A stretch of DNA of 64,000 nt from positions 288,001 to 352,000 of the forward strand of contig CAVWWD010000004.1 in the NCBI GenBank assembly GCA_963758635.1. The letters are read 5' to 3'. The stretch is from an uncultured Candidatus Rokubacteria bacterium. Its GTDB lineage: Bacteria; Methylomirabilota; Methylomirabilia; Rokubacteriales; CSP1-6. A program made the position numbers and the translations under genes. This document shows, piece after piece, positions 33,215 through 42,494 of the stretch. Numbering within the stretch: the first letter of the stretch is position 1; each line of letters begins with the position of its first letter. The notes under the pieces are model-generated. The model saw only the letters and a program-made list of their open reading frames with translations, did no database searches and had not been told where the DNA came from.

Positions 33215-34096
33215 ATGCTCGGAGAGATCCGCGGCGAGGTGCGGTTCAAGGAACCCCTCAGCTACCACACGTCCCTGCGCATCGGCGGTCCCGCCGACTT
33301 CTTCATCGTGCCGCAGGACGTGGAGGACATCCGCCACGCCCTCGGCTTCGCGGAGAAGGAGGGGCTGCCCGTCGAGGTCGTCGGCGGCGGCAACAACCTG
33401 GTCGTCCGCGACCGCGGCATCCGGGGCGTGGTGTTGCGGCTGGAGGGCTGCCTCGGCCGCGCCGACTTTCACGGCGAGGAGGCGGTGGCCGGCGCGGGCG
33501 TGGGCCTGTCCGCGCTCATCCGCGAGGCCGCCGGCCTGAACCTGGGCGGCATCGAGTGCCTCGTGGGCATCCCCGCCACCATCGGCGGCGCGGTGGCGAT
33601 GAACGCGGGCACCCCGGACGGGTGGATCGGCGACTTCGTCTCCGCGGTGTACTTCCTGCACCCCGACGGCACGCTCGGCGAGTTCAAGCCAGGCACGGGC
33701 ACCTTCGGGTACCGCGCCTTCGCCGCGCCGCCCGGGGCGGTGCTGATCGGCGCGCGGCTCCGGCTGCACCGGCGCCCTCACGCCGACATCCTCAAGGACA
33801 TCAAGCTCAGGCTCAAGCAGAAGAAGTCGAGCCAGCCGCTCGCGCTCGCCTCGGCGGGCTGCGTGTGGAAGAACCCCACCGGCGAGCTCGCGCACAAGAT
33901 GCTCGAGAAGGTGGGCCTCCGCGGCAAGCGGCTGAACGGCGCGGAGATCTCGGCCAAGCACGCGAACTTCATCGTCAACCGCGGCGGCGCGATCGCGGCG
34001 GACGTGATCGCGCTCATGGACCTCGCGCGTGAGCGCGTGAAGAACCATTTCGGCATCACCCTCGAGCCGGAGATCCGCATCCTGGGGGAGGGCTAA
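33215..34096 (+). CDS. murB: UDP-N-acetylenolpyruvoylglucosamine reductase
   Basis: HTSLRIGGPA, GIPATIGGAVAMNAG, SAGCVWKNP, HANFIVN, LEPE. Confidence 0.93.
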   Translation: MLGEIRGEVRFKEPLSYHTSLRIGGPADFFIVPQDVEDIRHALGFAEKEGLPVEVVGGGNNLVVRDRGIRGVVLRLEGCLGRADFHGEEAVAGAGVGLSALIREAAGLNLGGIECLVGIPATIGGAVAMNAGTPDGWIGDFVSAVYFLHPDGTLGEFKPGTGTFGYRAFAAPPGAVLIGARLRLHRRPHADILKDIKLRLKQKKSSQPLALASAGCVWKNPTGELAHKMLEKVGLRGKRLNGAEISAKHANFIVNRGGAIAADVIALMDLARERVKNHFGITLEPEIRILGEG

Positions 34097-34100
34097 CCAG

Positions 34101-34963
34101 ATGGCCCGGCTGTCGGCGCTGTCCCCCGCGGGGTCGAGCGCGAGCTGGAGGACCTCGCCACGATCCGCGGCCTGACCGCGGGCCAGCGCGTGAGCCGCCG
34201 GCGCGTCCGGCGCCGGCGCCTGGAGGGCAGCCGGCGGCTCGTCGTCGGCGTCCTCTCCGTGGTGGGCGCGGTCGTCCTCGCCGCGGGCGCCGGGCTCGGG
34301 GCGCGCTTCCTCCTGACGTCGCCGCGGTTCGAGGTCTCGGAGGTCGAGGTGCGGGGCACGAGCCGGCTCAGCCCCGAGGACGTGATCCGCGCCTCGGGCA
34401 TCGGGCGCGGCGACAACCTGTTCCGCGTGGATCCCGCGGCGGCCCGGATGGGCGTGGAGACCCTGGCGCAGGTCCGGCGCGCCGAGGTGGTCCGGTCGTG
34501 GCCGAACCGGGTGGCCATCGTGGTCGAGGAGCGCCGGCCGTTCACGCTGGTGCACAGCGGACACCTGCACTGGATCGACGAGGACGGCGTGGCCATGGGG
34601 GCGCAGTCCCGTGCCGTCTCGGTGAGCCTGCCCGTGATCAGCGGGCTCGACGCCGGCGACCTGTCCGCCGAGGGCCGGGCGCCGTCGGCCCGCGTGAGCG
34701 CCGGCCTCGCGCTCCTGCGGATGCTCCTGCGCACGGGCAGTCCGCTGACGAGCCAGATCTCCGAGGTCGACGTGAGCCGCCACGACGGGCCCGTCCTCTA
34801 CACGGTGGACGGCGTCGAGGTGCGGATCGGCACCGAGGAGTGGGATGCGCGCATCCCGCGGCTGATGGGCGTGCTCGCCCAGCTCGCCTCCTCCGGCGAG
34901 GCGGTGAGCGCGATCGACCTGCGCTTCCGCGACCAGGTCGTCCTCAAGCCCGCGGTCCACTAG
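34101..34963 (+). CDS. ftsQ: Cell division protein FtsQ/DivIB (frameshift near the N-terminus)
   Basis: TM plus POTRA domain, RSWPNRVAIVVEER, IDLRFRDQVV; immediately upstream of ftsA. Confidence 0.88.
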
Positions 34964-34971
34964 GAGCGACG

Positions 34972-36204
34972 ATGTCGAGAGCGCGAGGACGGCAGCTCAT
35001 CGCAGGGCTCGACGTGGGCACGACCAAGACCTGCTGCGTGATCGCCGAGGTGGCGGCGGCCGGGTCGCTCGAGATCGTCGGGCTCGGCATGGCGCCCTCG
35101 AAGGGCCTGCGCAAGGGCGTGGTGGTCAACATCGACTCCACGGTGGAGTCGGTGAAGCAGGCGGTGGCCGAGGCCGAGCAGGTGGCCGGCCTCGAGATCT
35201 CCTCCGTGCTCGCCGGGGTGGCCGGCGGCCACATCCGCGGGATCAACAGCCGCGGCGTCATCGCGGTCTCGGGCAAGCATCGCGAGGTGAGCCAGGCCGA
35301 CGTGGACCGCGCGCTCGAGGCGGCGAAGGCCGTGAACCTGCCGCCCGACCGCGAGGTGATCCACGCGCTGCCCCAGACCTACATCGTGGACGACCAGGAC
35401 GGCGTCAAGGAGCCGCTCGGCATGTCCGGCGTGCGCCTCGAGGTCGAGGTGCACCTGGTGACGGGCGCGGTCACGTCCGTGCAGAACGTGATCCGGAGCG
35501 TCAACCGCGCCGGGCTCCAGGTGCAGGACATCGTGCTCGAGCCGCTCGCGTGCTCGGAGGCGGCGGTCTCCGCGGAGGAGAAGGAGCTGGGCATCCTGCT
35601 GATCGACCTCGGCGGCGGCACCACGGGCGCCGCGCTCTTCCGCGACGGCGCCCTCTGGTACACGGGCATCCTGCCGCTCGGCGGCGATCACATCGCCAAC
35701 GACATCGCGATGGGGCTCCGCACGCCCACCGCCGACGCCGAGGACCTCAAGAAGCGGCACGGCTGCGCCCTCACCGCGCTCGTGCGCGAGGAGGAGACGG
35801 TGGACGTGCCGTCGGTGGGCGGCCGGAAGCCGCGGCAGTTCTCGCGGCAGATTCTCTCCGAGATCATCCAGCCGCGCGTCGAGGAGATCTTCACGCTGGT
35901 GGCGCGGGACGTGGCGCGCGCCGGCTTCCAGGACGTGGCCGCGGCGGGCGTGGTGGTGACGGGCGGGACGTCGATCATGCAGGGCGTGCCGGAGCTGGCC
36001 GAGCAGATCTTCGACCTGCCGGTGCGCCGCGGGATGCCGAGCGGGGTGGGCGGGCTCGCCGACGGCGTGCGCAGCCCGATCTACTCCACCGCCGTCGGCC
36101 TCGCGCTCTACGGGGCGCGCGGCCACCGGGGCGCCGTCGCCGCCGACGGGGGCGACGGATCGTTGATGACGCGGGTCCGCGAGTGGCTGTCCGGACTCTT
36201 CTGA
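34972..36204 (+). CDS. ftsA: Cell division protein FtsA
   Basis: [27 protein letters not shown]-terminal amphipathic [10 protein letters not shown]. Confidence 0.97.
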   Translation: MSRARGRQLIAGLDVGTTKTCCVIAEVAAAGSLEIVGLGMAPSKGLRKGVVVNIDSTVESVKQAVAEAEQVAGLEISSVLAGVAGGHIRGINSRGVIAVSGKHREVSQADVDRALEAAKAVNLPPDREVIHALPQTYIVDDQDGVKEPLGMSGVRLEVEVHLVTGAVTSVQNVIRSVNRAGLQVQDIVLEPLACSEAAVSAEEKELGILLIDLGGGTTGAALFRDGALWYTGILPLGGDHIANDIAMGLRTPTADAEDLKKRHGCALTALVREEETVDVPSVGGRKPRQFSRQILSEIIQPRVEEIFTLVARDVARAGFQDVAAAGVVVTGGTSIMQGVPELAEQIFDLPVRRGMPSGVGGLADGVRSPIYSTAVGLALYGARGHRGAVAADGGDGSLMTRVREWLSGLF

Positions 36205-36222
36205 TCACATGGGGATTCGCCT

Positions 36223-36276
36223 TGATGCCGATGAATCCCCTGATGCCGATGAACCCAATGACGCCAATGAAAAGGA
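36223..36276 (+). repeat. Three 18-bp tandem units in the ftsA-ftsZ spacer
   Basis: TGATGCCGATGAATCCCC / TGATGCCGATGAACCCAA / TGACGCCAATGAAAAGGA. Confidence 0.75.
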
Positions 36277-36283
36277 GGAGCTG

Positions 36284-37441
36284 ATGGTCGACGGGCGGGG
36301 ACGGCGGCCGGTATTCGAGCTGGCGGAGGAGCGCGACACGGCCAAGATCAAGGTCATCGGGCTCGGCGGCGGAGGCTCCAACGCGGTCAACCGGATGATG
36401 GAGGCGCGCTTCACCGGCGTGGACTTCATCGTCGCCAACACCGACGCGCAGGCGCTCCGCGCGTCGACGGCGCCGGTGAAGCTCCAGCTCGGCGCGCAGC
36501 TCACGAAGGGCCTGGGCGCGGGCTCCGACCCCACGAAGGGCCGGAACGCCGCGGAGGAGGACCGCGACGAGATCACGCGCGTCCTCGCCGGCGCCGACAT
36601 GGTCTTCGTGACCGCGGGCCTCGGCGGCGGCACCGGCACGGGGGCCGCGCCCGTCGTGGCCGCCATCGCCCGCGACCTCGGCATCCTCACGGTGGCGGTG
36701 GTGACCAAGCCGTTCACCTTCGAGGGACACCGGCGCGCCCAGCAGGCCGAGGCGGGCATGGCCGAGCTGCGCGGCGTGGTCGACACGCTGATCACGATTC
36801 CCAACCAGCGTCTGCTCGCCGTGGTGGACCGCGGCACGCCGCTCCTGGAGGCCTTCAAGGTCGCGGACTCGGTGCTCCTGCAGGCGGTGCAGGGCATCTC
36901 CGACCTGATCCTCGTCCCCGGGCTGATCAACCTGGACTTCGCCGACGTGCGCACGATCATGTCCGGCATGGGCATGGCGCTGATGGGCGCGGGCACGGGC
37001 AAGGGCGAGCATCGCGCGCTCGACGCCGCGCAGAAGGCCATCGCGAGCCCGCTGCTCGACGAGACCTCGATCGAGGGCGCCCGCGGCATCCTGATCAACT
37101 TCACGGGCGGCGGCGACCTGTCGATCCACGAGGTGGAGGAGGCGGCGCGCATCGTCCAGGAGGCCGCGCACGAGGAGGCCAACATCATCTTCGGCGCGGT
37201 GATCGACGAGAGCCTGCACGACGAGGTGCGCATCACGGTGATCGCGACCGGCTTCACCGAGCGCAAGGAGTCGTCGGCCTCGGTGTCGGGCAAGGTCGTG
37301 GACATGCCGGCGCGGCCCTCGCGGCCGACCGCGACGCCGAGCTGGCGGCGCCGGCTGATGCCTGACGTGCGCGCGGAGGGCGAGGGCGGCGTGGAGGAAG
37401 ACCTCGAGGTGCCGGCCTTCCTCCGGCGCCAGGCGGACTAG
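36284..37441 (+). CDS. ftsZ: Cell division protein FtsZ
   Basis: [30 protein letters not shown]-terminal [22 protein letters not shown]. Confidence 0.98.
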   Translation: MVDGRGRRPVFELAEERDTAKIKVIGLGGGGSNAVNRMMEARFTGVDFIVANTDAQALRASTAPVKLQLGAQLTKGLGAGSDPTKGRNAAEEDRDEITRVLAGADMVFVTAGLGGGTGTGAAPVVAAIARDLGILTVAVVTKPFTFEGHRRAQQAEAGMAELRGVVDTLITIPNQRLLAVVDRGTPLLEAFKVADSVLLQAVQGISDLILVPGLINLDFADVRTIMSGMGMALMGAGTGKGEHRALDAAQKAIASPLLDETSIEGARGILINFTGGGDLSIHEVEEAARIVQEAAHEEANIIFGAVIDESLHDEVRITVIATGFTERKESSASVSGKVVDMPARPSRPTATPSWRRRLMPDVRAEGEGGVEEDLEVPAFLRRQAD

Positions 37442-37491
37442 CGGGCCTCGCGGGTGCGTTGACTGGCGCGCGCTTCACGGCGCGCGTGGGC

Positions 37492-37636
37492 GGGCGGCGG
37501 GGAGGCACCTGGGGTCGCGGGACCACGCCGCACGCGTGCGCTGCCCCGTTGCGGCTGGGCTCCATCCGGGCGGGCGGGGTCCGATGACCGAAGGAGGGGA
37601 AGGGCCGCCTCGACCCCAGGTGCCTCCCCGCCGCCC
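37492..37636 (+). repeat. Hairpin/MITE-like element 1 with perfect 26-bp terminal inverted repeats
   Basis: GGGCGGCGGGGAGGCACCTGGGGTCG (37492-37517) is the reverse complement of 37611-37636. Confidence 0.8.
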
Positions 37637-37748
37637 ACCCGCGACGCGCTGTTGACGTCGCCCAGGTGCGAGCGCAACAGCGTGGCCGCGCAACAGCGGA
37701 GTCAGACCCTCGCGCAACGAAGTCACGCCGGTTCAGTAGCGTTGCGTG

Positions 37749-37895
37749 GGGGCGGTGGGTTGGCACCTGGGGTCGTGGCGGCCCTTCCCCTCCATCCGGC
37801 GTCGGAAAACGCGCGCCCGGGTGGAGCCCAGTTCCAGCGGGGCAGCGCACGCGTGCGGCGTGGTCCCGCGACCCCAGGTGCCAACCCACCGCCCC
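37749..37895 (-). repeat. Hairpin/MITE-like element 2, an inverted diverged copy of element 1 with perfect 27-bp terminal inverted repeats
   Basis: GGGGCGGTGGGTTGGCACCTGGGGTCG (37749-37775) pairs with 37869-37895; interior is the reverse-complement homolog of 37518-37610. Confidence 0.8.
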
Positions 37896-37995
37896 GCCCT
37901 CGCGCGCGTGACCGACGTGTCCTACCGGGCGCCGCGTTCAGACGGAGGCGATGGTGGGGAACCGGGGGCGGCGGGGGTGAGACAATGACGCGCGC

Positions 37996-38772
37996 ATGAC
38001 GGAGCCGCCCACCTACCTGACGTCGCCGCTGCTCGAGCGCGAGGGACTGGCGCACCTCTTCACGACCCGTCACTTCCCGGGGCACCGCGCGCCCGAGAAC
38101 CCCGCCGCGCCCTTCGCGACGCCGGAGGCGGCCGCGCTCGCCGCGCGGGCCGGGCTCGACGGCGTCGCCGCGGCGTTTCTCAAGCAGGTGCACGGCGCCG
38201 ACGTGGTCCGCGTCGTCGAGGGTGGGTTCGCCGGCATGGGCGACGCCCTGATGTCCGAGCGTCCCGCGTTGCCGCTGGCCGTCTTCACCGCCGACTGCCT
38301 GCCCGTCGTCCTCTACGACCGGCGGCGCGCGCGCCTGGCCATCGCGCATGCGGGGTGGCGCGGCACCGTCCGCTCCGTCGTGCCGGCGGCGGTGGCGGCG
38401 ATGGTGGCCGCGGGCAGCCGGCCCGCGGACCTGGTCGCGGCGGTCGGCCCCTCGATCGGCCCGTGCTGCTACGAGGTGGATCGCCCCGTCATCGACGCGT
38501 TCGCCGCCGCGTTCCCGGGCGCGTGGGCGTCGTGGGTGACGCCAAGGGGCAAGGACGCGGGGGGCGAGGAGCGGTGGATGCTCGACCTGTGGATGGCGAA
38601 CGAGGCCCAGCTCCGTGGCGCGGGCGTCGTCCCGTCGGGCGTGGACAACCTCCGGCTCTGCACCTCGTGCCGGCTCGATCTCTTCTTCTCGTACCGCCGG
38701 GGCGCGCGCGGGCGCCTCGTGACGGCGGCGGCCATCCCGCGGGCCCCGGCGGCCCGTGAGGCGGCGTGCTAG
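37996..38772 (+). CDS. pgeF: Peptidoglycan editing factor / YfiH laccase-domain protein
   Basis: QVHG, TADCLP, HAGWRG, GPSIGPCCYEV, FFSYRR. Confidence 0.92.
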   Translation: MTEPPTYLTSPLLEREGLAHLFTTRHFPGHRAPENPAAPFATPEAAALAARAGLDGVAAAFLKQVHGADVVRVVEGGFAGMGDALMSERPALPLAVFTADCLPVVLYDRRRARLAIAHAGWRGTVRSVVPAAVAAMVAAGSRPADLVAAVGPSIGPCCYEVDRPVIDAFAAAFPGAWASWVTPRGKDAGGEERWMLDLWMANEAQLRGAGVVPSGVDNLRLCTSCRLDLFFSYRRGARGRLVTAAAIPRAPAAREAAC

Positions 38773-38784
38773 AATCCCAACGCC

Positions 38785-39468
38785 GTGAGCGCGGAAACCG
38801 AGATCCGGGCGAATCTCGAACGTGTCGGCGAGGCGATCGCGCGCGCGTGCCAGCGCTCGGGCCGCCGGCCTGACGAGGTCCAGCTCATCGCGGTGTCCAA
38901 GACCATGCCGGTCGAGCGCATCCGCGCCGCGGTGGCGGCGGGGGCGACCGCGCTCGGCGAGAACCGGGTGCAGGAGGCGCGTGACAAGATCGATGCGCTC
39001 GGCCATCCGGTGCCGTGGCACCTCATCGGCTCGCTCCAGACCAACAAGGCGCGGGACGCCGCCCGCCTCTTCGACTGGGTCCAGTCCGTCGACCGGCTCG
39101 AGCTCGCCGTGGAGCTCGACCGGCGGGCGCACGCCGCGGGACGCACGCTGAGCGTCCTGCTCCAGGTGAACCTGGGCGACGAGCCGCAGAAGGGCGGCGT
39201 GGCCGTGGACGAGGCCAAGCGCCTCCTCGACGGAACGGCCGGGCTCGGCAACGTGCGCGTCCTGGGCCTGATGGCGATCCCGCCGCACGCGGACGACGCG
39301 GAGGCCACGCGCCCCCACTTCCGGAAGCTGCGCGAGCTGGGGCAGGCGCTCGGTCTGCCGCACCTGTCCATGGGCATGAGCGCGGACTTCGAGGTGGCGA
39401 TCGAGGAAGGCGCCACGATCGTGCGCGTGGGCACCGCGATCTTCGGCGCGAGGACGGCGCGAGCGTGA
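38785..39468 (+). CDS. yggS: PLP homeostasis protein
   Basis: LIAVSKT, GENRVQE, WHLIGSLQTNK, LSMGMSADF, VRVGTAIFG. Confidence 0.95.
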   Translation: MSAETEIRANLERVGEAIARACQRSGRRPDEVQLIAVSKTMPVERIRAAVAAGATALGENRVQEARDKIDALGHPVPWHLIGSLQTNKARDAARLFDWVQSVDRLELAVELDRRAHAAGRTLSVLLQVNLGDEPQKGGVAVDEAKRLLDGTAGLGNVRVLGLMAIPPHADDAEATRPHFRKLRELGQALGLPHLSMGMSADFEVAIEEGATIVRVGTAIFGARTARA

Positions 39469-40286
39469 GCATCGCGGGCAAGCGGGTCGGCTTCGTCGGC
39501 GCCGGCAACATGGGCGACGCCCTGATCAAGGGCATCCTCCAGGCCCGCCTCGTGCCCGCGGACGGGATCCTCGTCACCGAGCCCCGGGCCGACCGGCTCG
39601 CGCAGATGGTGAAGCAGTACGGCATCCGCGCGTGCGCCGACAACGCCGCGCTCGCCGCCGCCGCCGACGTGATCGTGCTCGCGGTGAAGCCGCAGATCAT
39701 CGCCGCCGTCGCCGCCGAGCTGGCGCCGGGCCTCGCCGGGGGCAAGCTCGTCATCTCGATCGCCGCCGGGGTGCCGACCGCCGCGCTCCGGGCCCACCTG
39801 GCGCCGCCCACGCGGCTGATCCGCGTCATGCCGAACACGCCGGCCCTCGTGCTCGAGGGCGTCACCGCCATCGCCCGCGGGCAGGGGCTCGCGCCCGGCG
39901 ACCTCGAGACCGCCCAGGAGCTGTTCCGGGCCGTGGGCCGCGTGGTCGTCCTGGACGAGGACGCGATGGACGCGGTCACCGGTCTCTCCGGCTCCGGGCC
40001 AGCCTACGTCGCCATCGTCATCGAGTCGCTCGCCGACGGCGGCGTGAAGATGGGCCTCGACCGCGCCACGGCCATGACCCTCGCCGCCCAGACCGTCCTG
40101 GGCTCGGCCAAGCTCGTGCTCGAGACGGGCGCGCATCCGGGCCAGATCAAGGACATGGTGGCGTCACCCGGCGGCACCACGATCGCCGGCATCGCGGCGC
40201 TGGAGGAGGGCGCGGTCCGGCACACGTTCATCAGCGCGGTGGAGCGGGCCACCGAGCGCTCGCGCGAGCTCGGGAAAGGGCGATAG
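39465..40286 (+). CDS. proC: Pyrroline-5-carboxylate reductase
   Basis: GFVGAGNMG, LAVKPQ, RVMPNTP, SGSGPAY, SPGGTT. Confidence 0.95.
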   Translation: MSIAGKRVGFVGAGNMGDALIKGILQARLVPADGILVTEPRADRLAQMVKQYGIRACADNAALAAAADVIVLAVKPQIIAAVAAELAPGLAGGKLVISIAAGVPTAALRAHLAPPTRLIRVMPNTPALVLEGVTAIARGQGLAPGDLETAQELFRAVGRVVVLDEDAMDAVTGLSGSGPAYVAIVIESLADGGVKMGLDRATAMTLAAQTVLGSAKLVLETGAHPGQIKDMVASPGGTTIAGIAALEEGAVRHTFISAVERATERSRELGKGR

Positions 40287-40552
40287 TGCTCAGCTACAAC
40301 CTCGTCAACTTCATCGGCTGGATCCTCAACATGTACTCGTGGGTGATCATCATCGCGGCCCTCATGACGTGGGTCAACCCCGATCCGCGCAACCAGATCG
40401 TGATCTTCCTCCGCCGGGTCACCGAGCCGGTGCTGGAGCCCGTGCGCCGCATGCTGCCGCCGTGGAAGACGGGCGGGCTCGACCTCTCGCCGTTGATCGT
40501 GCTGGTCGCCATCCAGTTCGTGGAGCGCGTGGTCCTACCCGCCCTGCTCTAG
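40286..40552 (+). CDS. yggT: YggT family membrane protein
   Basis: WVNPDPRN..VIFLRRVTEPVLEPVRR...GLDLSP. Confidence 0.9.
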   Translation: MLSYNLVNFIGWILNMYSWVIIIAALMTWVNPDPRNQIVIFLRRVTEPVLEPVRRMLPPWKTGGLDLSPLIVLVAIQFVERVVLPALL

Positions 40553-40625
40553 AGCCCCGCGCATCAGACTAGTGCCGAGCGGTGGGACTGTAGAGGCCCG
40601 TGGCGGTTACCGTATTCTGCGAGTC
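40552..40625 (-). mobile_element. Copy B of the ~75-bp element, inverted relative to copy A
   Basis: GAGCCCCGCGCATCAGACTAGTGCCGAGCGGTGGG...; begins on the last base of the yggT stop codon. Confidence 0.7.
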
Positions 40626-40663
40626 ACTACTGAGCAGGGTCGAGGGCCCAGAGGAGACGGGTC

Positions 40664-41173
40664 GTGCGCATCAGCCCGATGGACATCCGCCAGCAGCAGT
40701 TCACCGTCAAGATGTTCCGCGGCTTCCACGTCCAGGAGGTGGACGCCTTCCTCGAGGAGGTCGCCGAGGACTTAGAGGCGGTGCTCAAGGAGAACACGCT
40801 CCTGAAGGAGCAGCTCGAGGCGCTGGAGGAGCGCACGCGCGGCATGGAGGAGCGCGAGCAGATCCTGCAGCAGACCCTCGTCACCGCGCAGCGGATGAGC
40901 GACGAGATGAAGGAGACGGCCCGCCGCGAGGCCGACGTCATCCGGCGAGAGGCCGCGCTCGCGGCGGAGCGCCAGCTCGAGGCCGTGCGCGCCGAGGAGG
41001 CGGCGGTGCGCGCGGAGATCGGCGCGCTGAAGCGCCAGCGCCGTCACGTGGCCGAGGGGCTGCGCTCCACGCTCCAGATGTACCAGCGGCTGATCGAGCA
41101 GGACCTCGCCGGGGGCCGGGAGCTTCCCGGCGGCCCCGCCGCCGATGCCGAATCGAGCGACACCGCCGTCTGA
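40664..41173 (+). CDS. divIVA: DivIVA domain protein
   Basis: ISPMDIRQQQF...RGF...EVDAFL followed by a coiled coil. Confidence 0.9.
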   Translation: MRISPMDIRQQQFTVKMFRGFHVQEVDAFLEEVAEDLEAVLKENTLLKEQLEALEERTRGMEEREQILQQTLVTAQRMSDEMKETARREADVIRREAALAAERQLEAVRAEEAAVRAEIGALKRQRRHVAEGLRSTLQMYQRLIEQDLAGGRELPGGPAADAESSDTAV

Positions 41174-41441
41174 GCCGGCGCTCCTCGCGGTGCGCGTGCA
41201 ACCCCGGGCCTCGCGCGACGAGGTGGTGGGCTGGCAGGGCACGGCGCTGCGGGTGCGCGTGAGCGCGGCGCCCACGGACGGCCGCGCCAACCAGGCAGTG
41301 ACGGCGCTCCTGGCCCGGGCCCTCGACGTGTCGCCGTCGTCGGTCGAGCTGGTGCGGGGCCACGCGTCGCGCGACAAGCTCTTCCGCGTGGCCGGCCTGC
41401 CGCTTCCCGACCTCCGCGCCCGCCTCGACGCCGCCCGATGA
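41145..41441 (+). CDS. DUF167 (YggU) family protein
   Basis: VRVQPRAS, AAPTDGRAN, G..SRDK. Confidence 0.88.
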   Translation: MPNRATPPSEPALLAVRVQPRASRDEVVGWQGTALRVRVSAAPTDGRANQAVTALLARALDVSPSSVELVRGHASRDKLFRVAGLPLPDLRARLDAAR

Positions 41442-42484
41442 TCTCGCCCATCCGCTGGGCGGACGGGCGGCTCTGGCTGCTCGACCAGCGCCGGCTCCCC
41501 GTGGAGGAGGTCGAGCGCCCGTGCGTGGACTGGCGCGAGGTGGCGGACGCGATCCGCACCCTCGCCGTGCGCGGGGCGCCCGCGATCGGCGTGGCCGCGG
41601 CCTTCGGCGTGGCGCTCGCCGCGCGGGCGAGCGCGGCCACCGAGCCCGCCGGGCTCACCGCCGACCTCGACGAGGCCATCGCCGGCCTCGGCGCCACGCG
41701 CCCCACCGCGGTGAACCTGTTCTGGGCGCTCGAGCGGATGCGCGGCGTGGCACGCGCCGGGCGCGACCTGCCGGTGGCCGCGCTCCGCGACCGCCTCCTC
41801 GCCGAGGCGCGCGCGATGCTCGACGAGGACGTGGCGGCCAACCAGCGCATGGGCGCGCACGGCGCCGCGCTGGTGCCGGCGGACGCGCGCATCCTCACCC
41901 ACTGCAACACCGGCGCGCTCGCCACCGCGGGCTACGGCACCGCGCTCGGCGTGGTGCGCGCCGCCCACGGGCGCGGGCTCGTGCGCGAGGTCTGGGTGGA
42001 CGAGACGCGGCCGGTGATGCAGGGCTCGCGCCTCACCGCGTGGGAGCTGGTCAAGGAGGGCATCCCCCACCGCGTGATCTCCGACGTGGTGGCGGCGCAG
42101 GTGATGCGAGAGGGCCGGGTGGACCTCGTCATCACCGGGGCGGACCGGATCGCCGCCAACGGCGACACCGCGAACAAGATCGGCACCTACGGCCTCGCCG
42201 TGCTCGCGCGCCATCACGGGATCCCGTTCTACGTGGCCGCGCCCGTCTCGACGATCGACCCGTCCACCGCCTCCGGCGCGGCGATCGTCATCGAGGAGCG
42301 CGACCCCGCCGAGGTGCGCGGGGTGGCCGGCCGGCAGACCGCGCCCGCGGAGTCGCCCGTGTACAACCCCGCCTTCGACGTGACGCCGGCCGAGCTGATC
42401 ACGGCGATCGTCACCGAGCGCGGCGTGTTCCGCCCGCCGTACGCGTTCGGCGCGCTGTCCGTGAACGCCCAGCGGTGTCCCTGA
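41438..42484 (+). CDS. mtnA: Methylthioribose-1-phosphate isomerase
   Basis: LDQRRLP, VRGAPAIG, RPTAVNL, THCNTGALAT, ETRP..QGSRLT, GDTANKIGT, NPAFDVTP. Confidence 0.95.
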   Translation: MISPIRWADGRLWLLDQRRLPVEEVERPCVDWREVADAIRTLAVRGAPAIGVAAAFGVALAARASAATEPAGLTADLDEAIAGLGATRPTAVNLFWALERMRGVARAGRDLPVAALRDRLLAEARAMLDEDVAANQRMGAHGAALVPADARILTHCNTGALATAGYGTALGVVRAAHGRGLVREVWVDETRPVMQGSRLTAWELVKEGIPHRVISDVVAAQVMREGRVDLVITGADRIAANGDTANKIGTYGLAVLARHHGIPFYVAAPVSTIDPSTASGAAIVIEERDPAEVRGVAGRQTAPAESPVYNPAFDVTPAELITAIVTERGVFRPPYAFGALSVNAQRCP

Positions 42485-42494
42485 AGGGGCCGCG

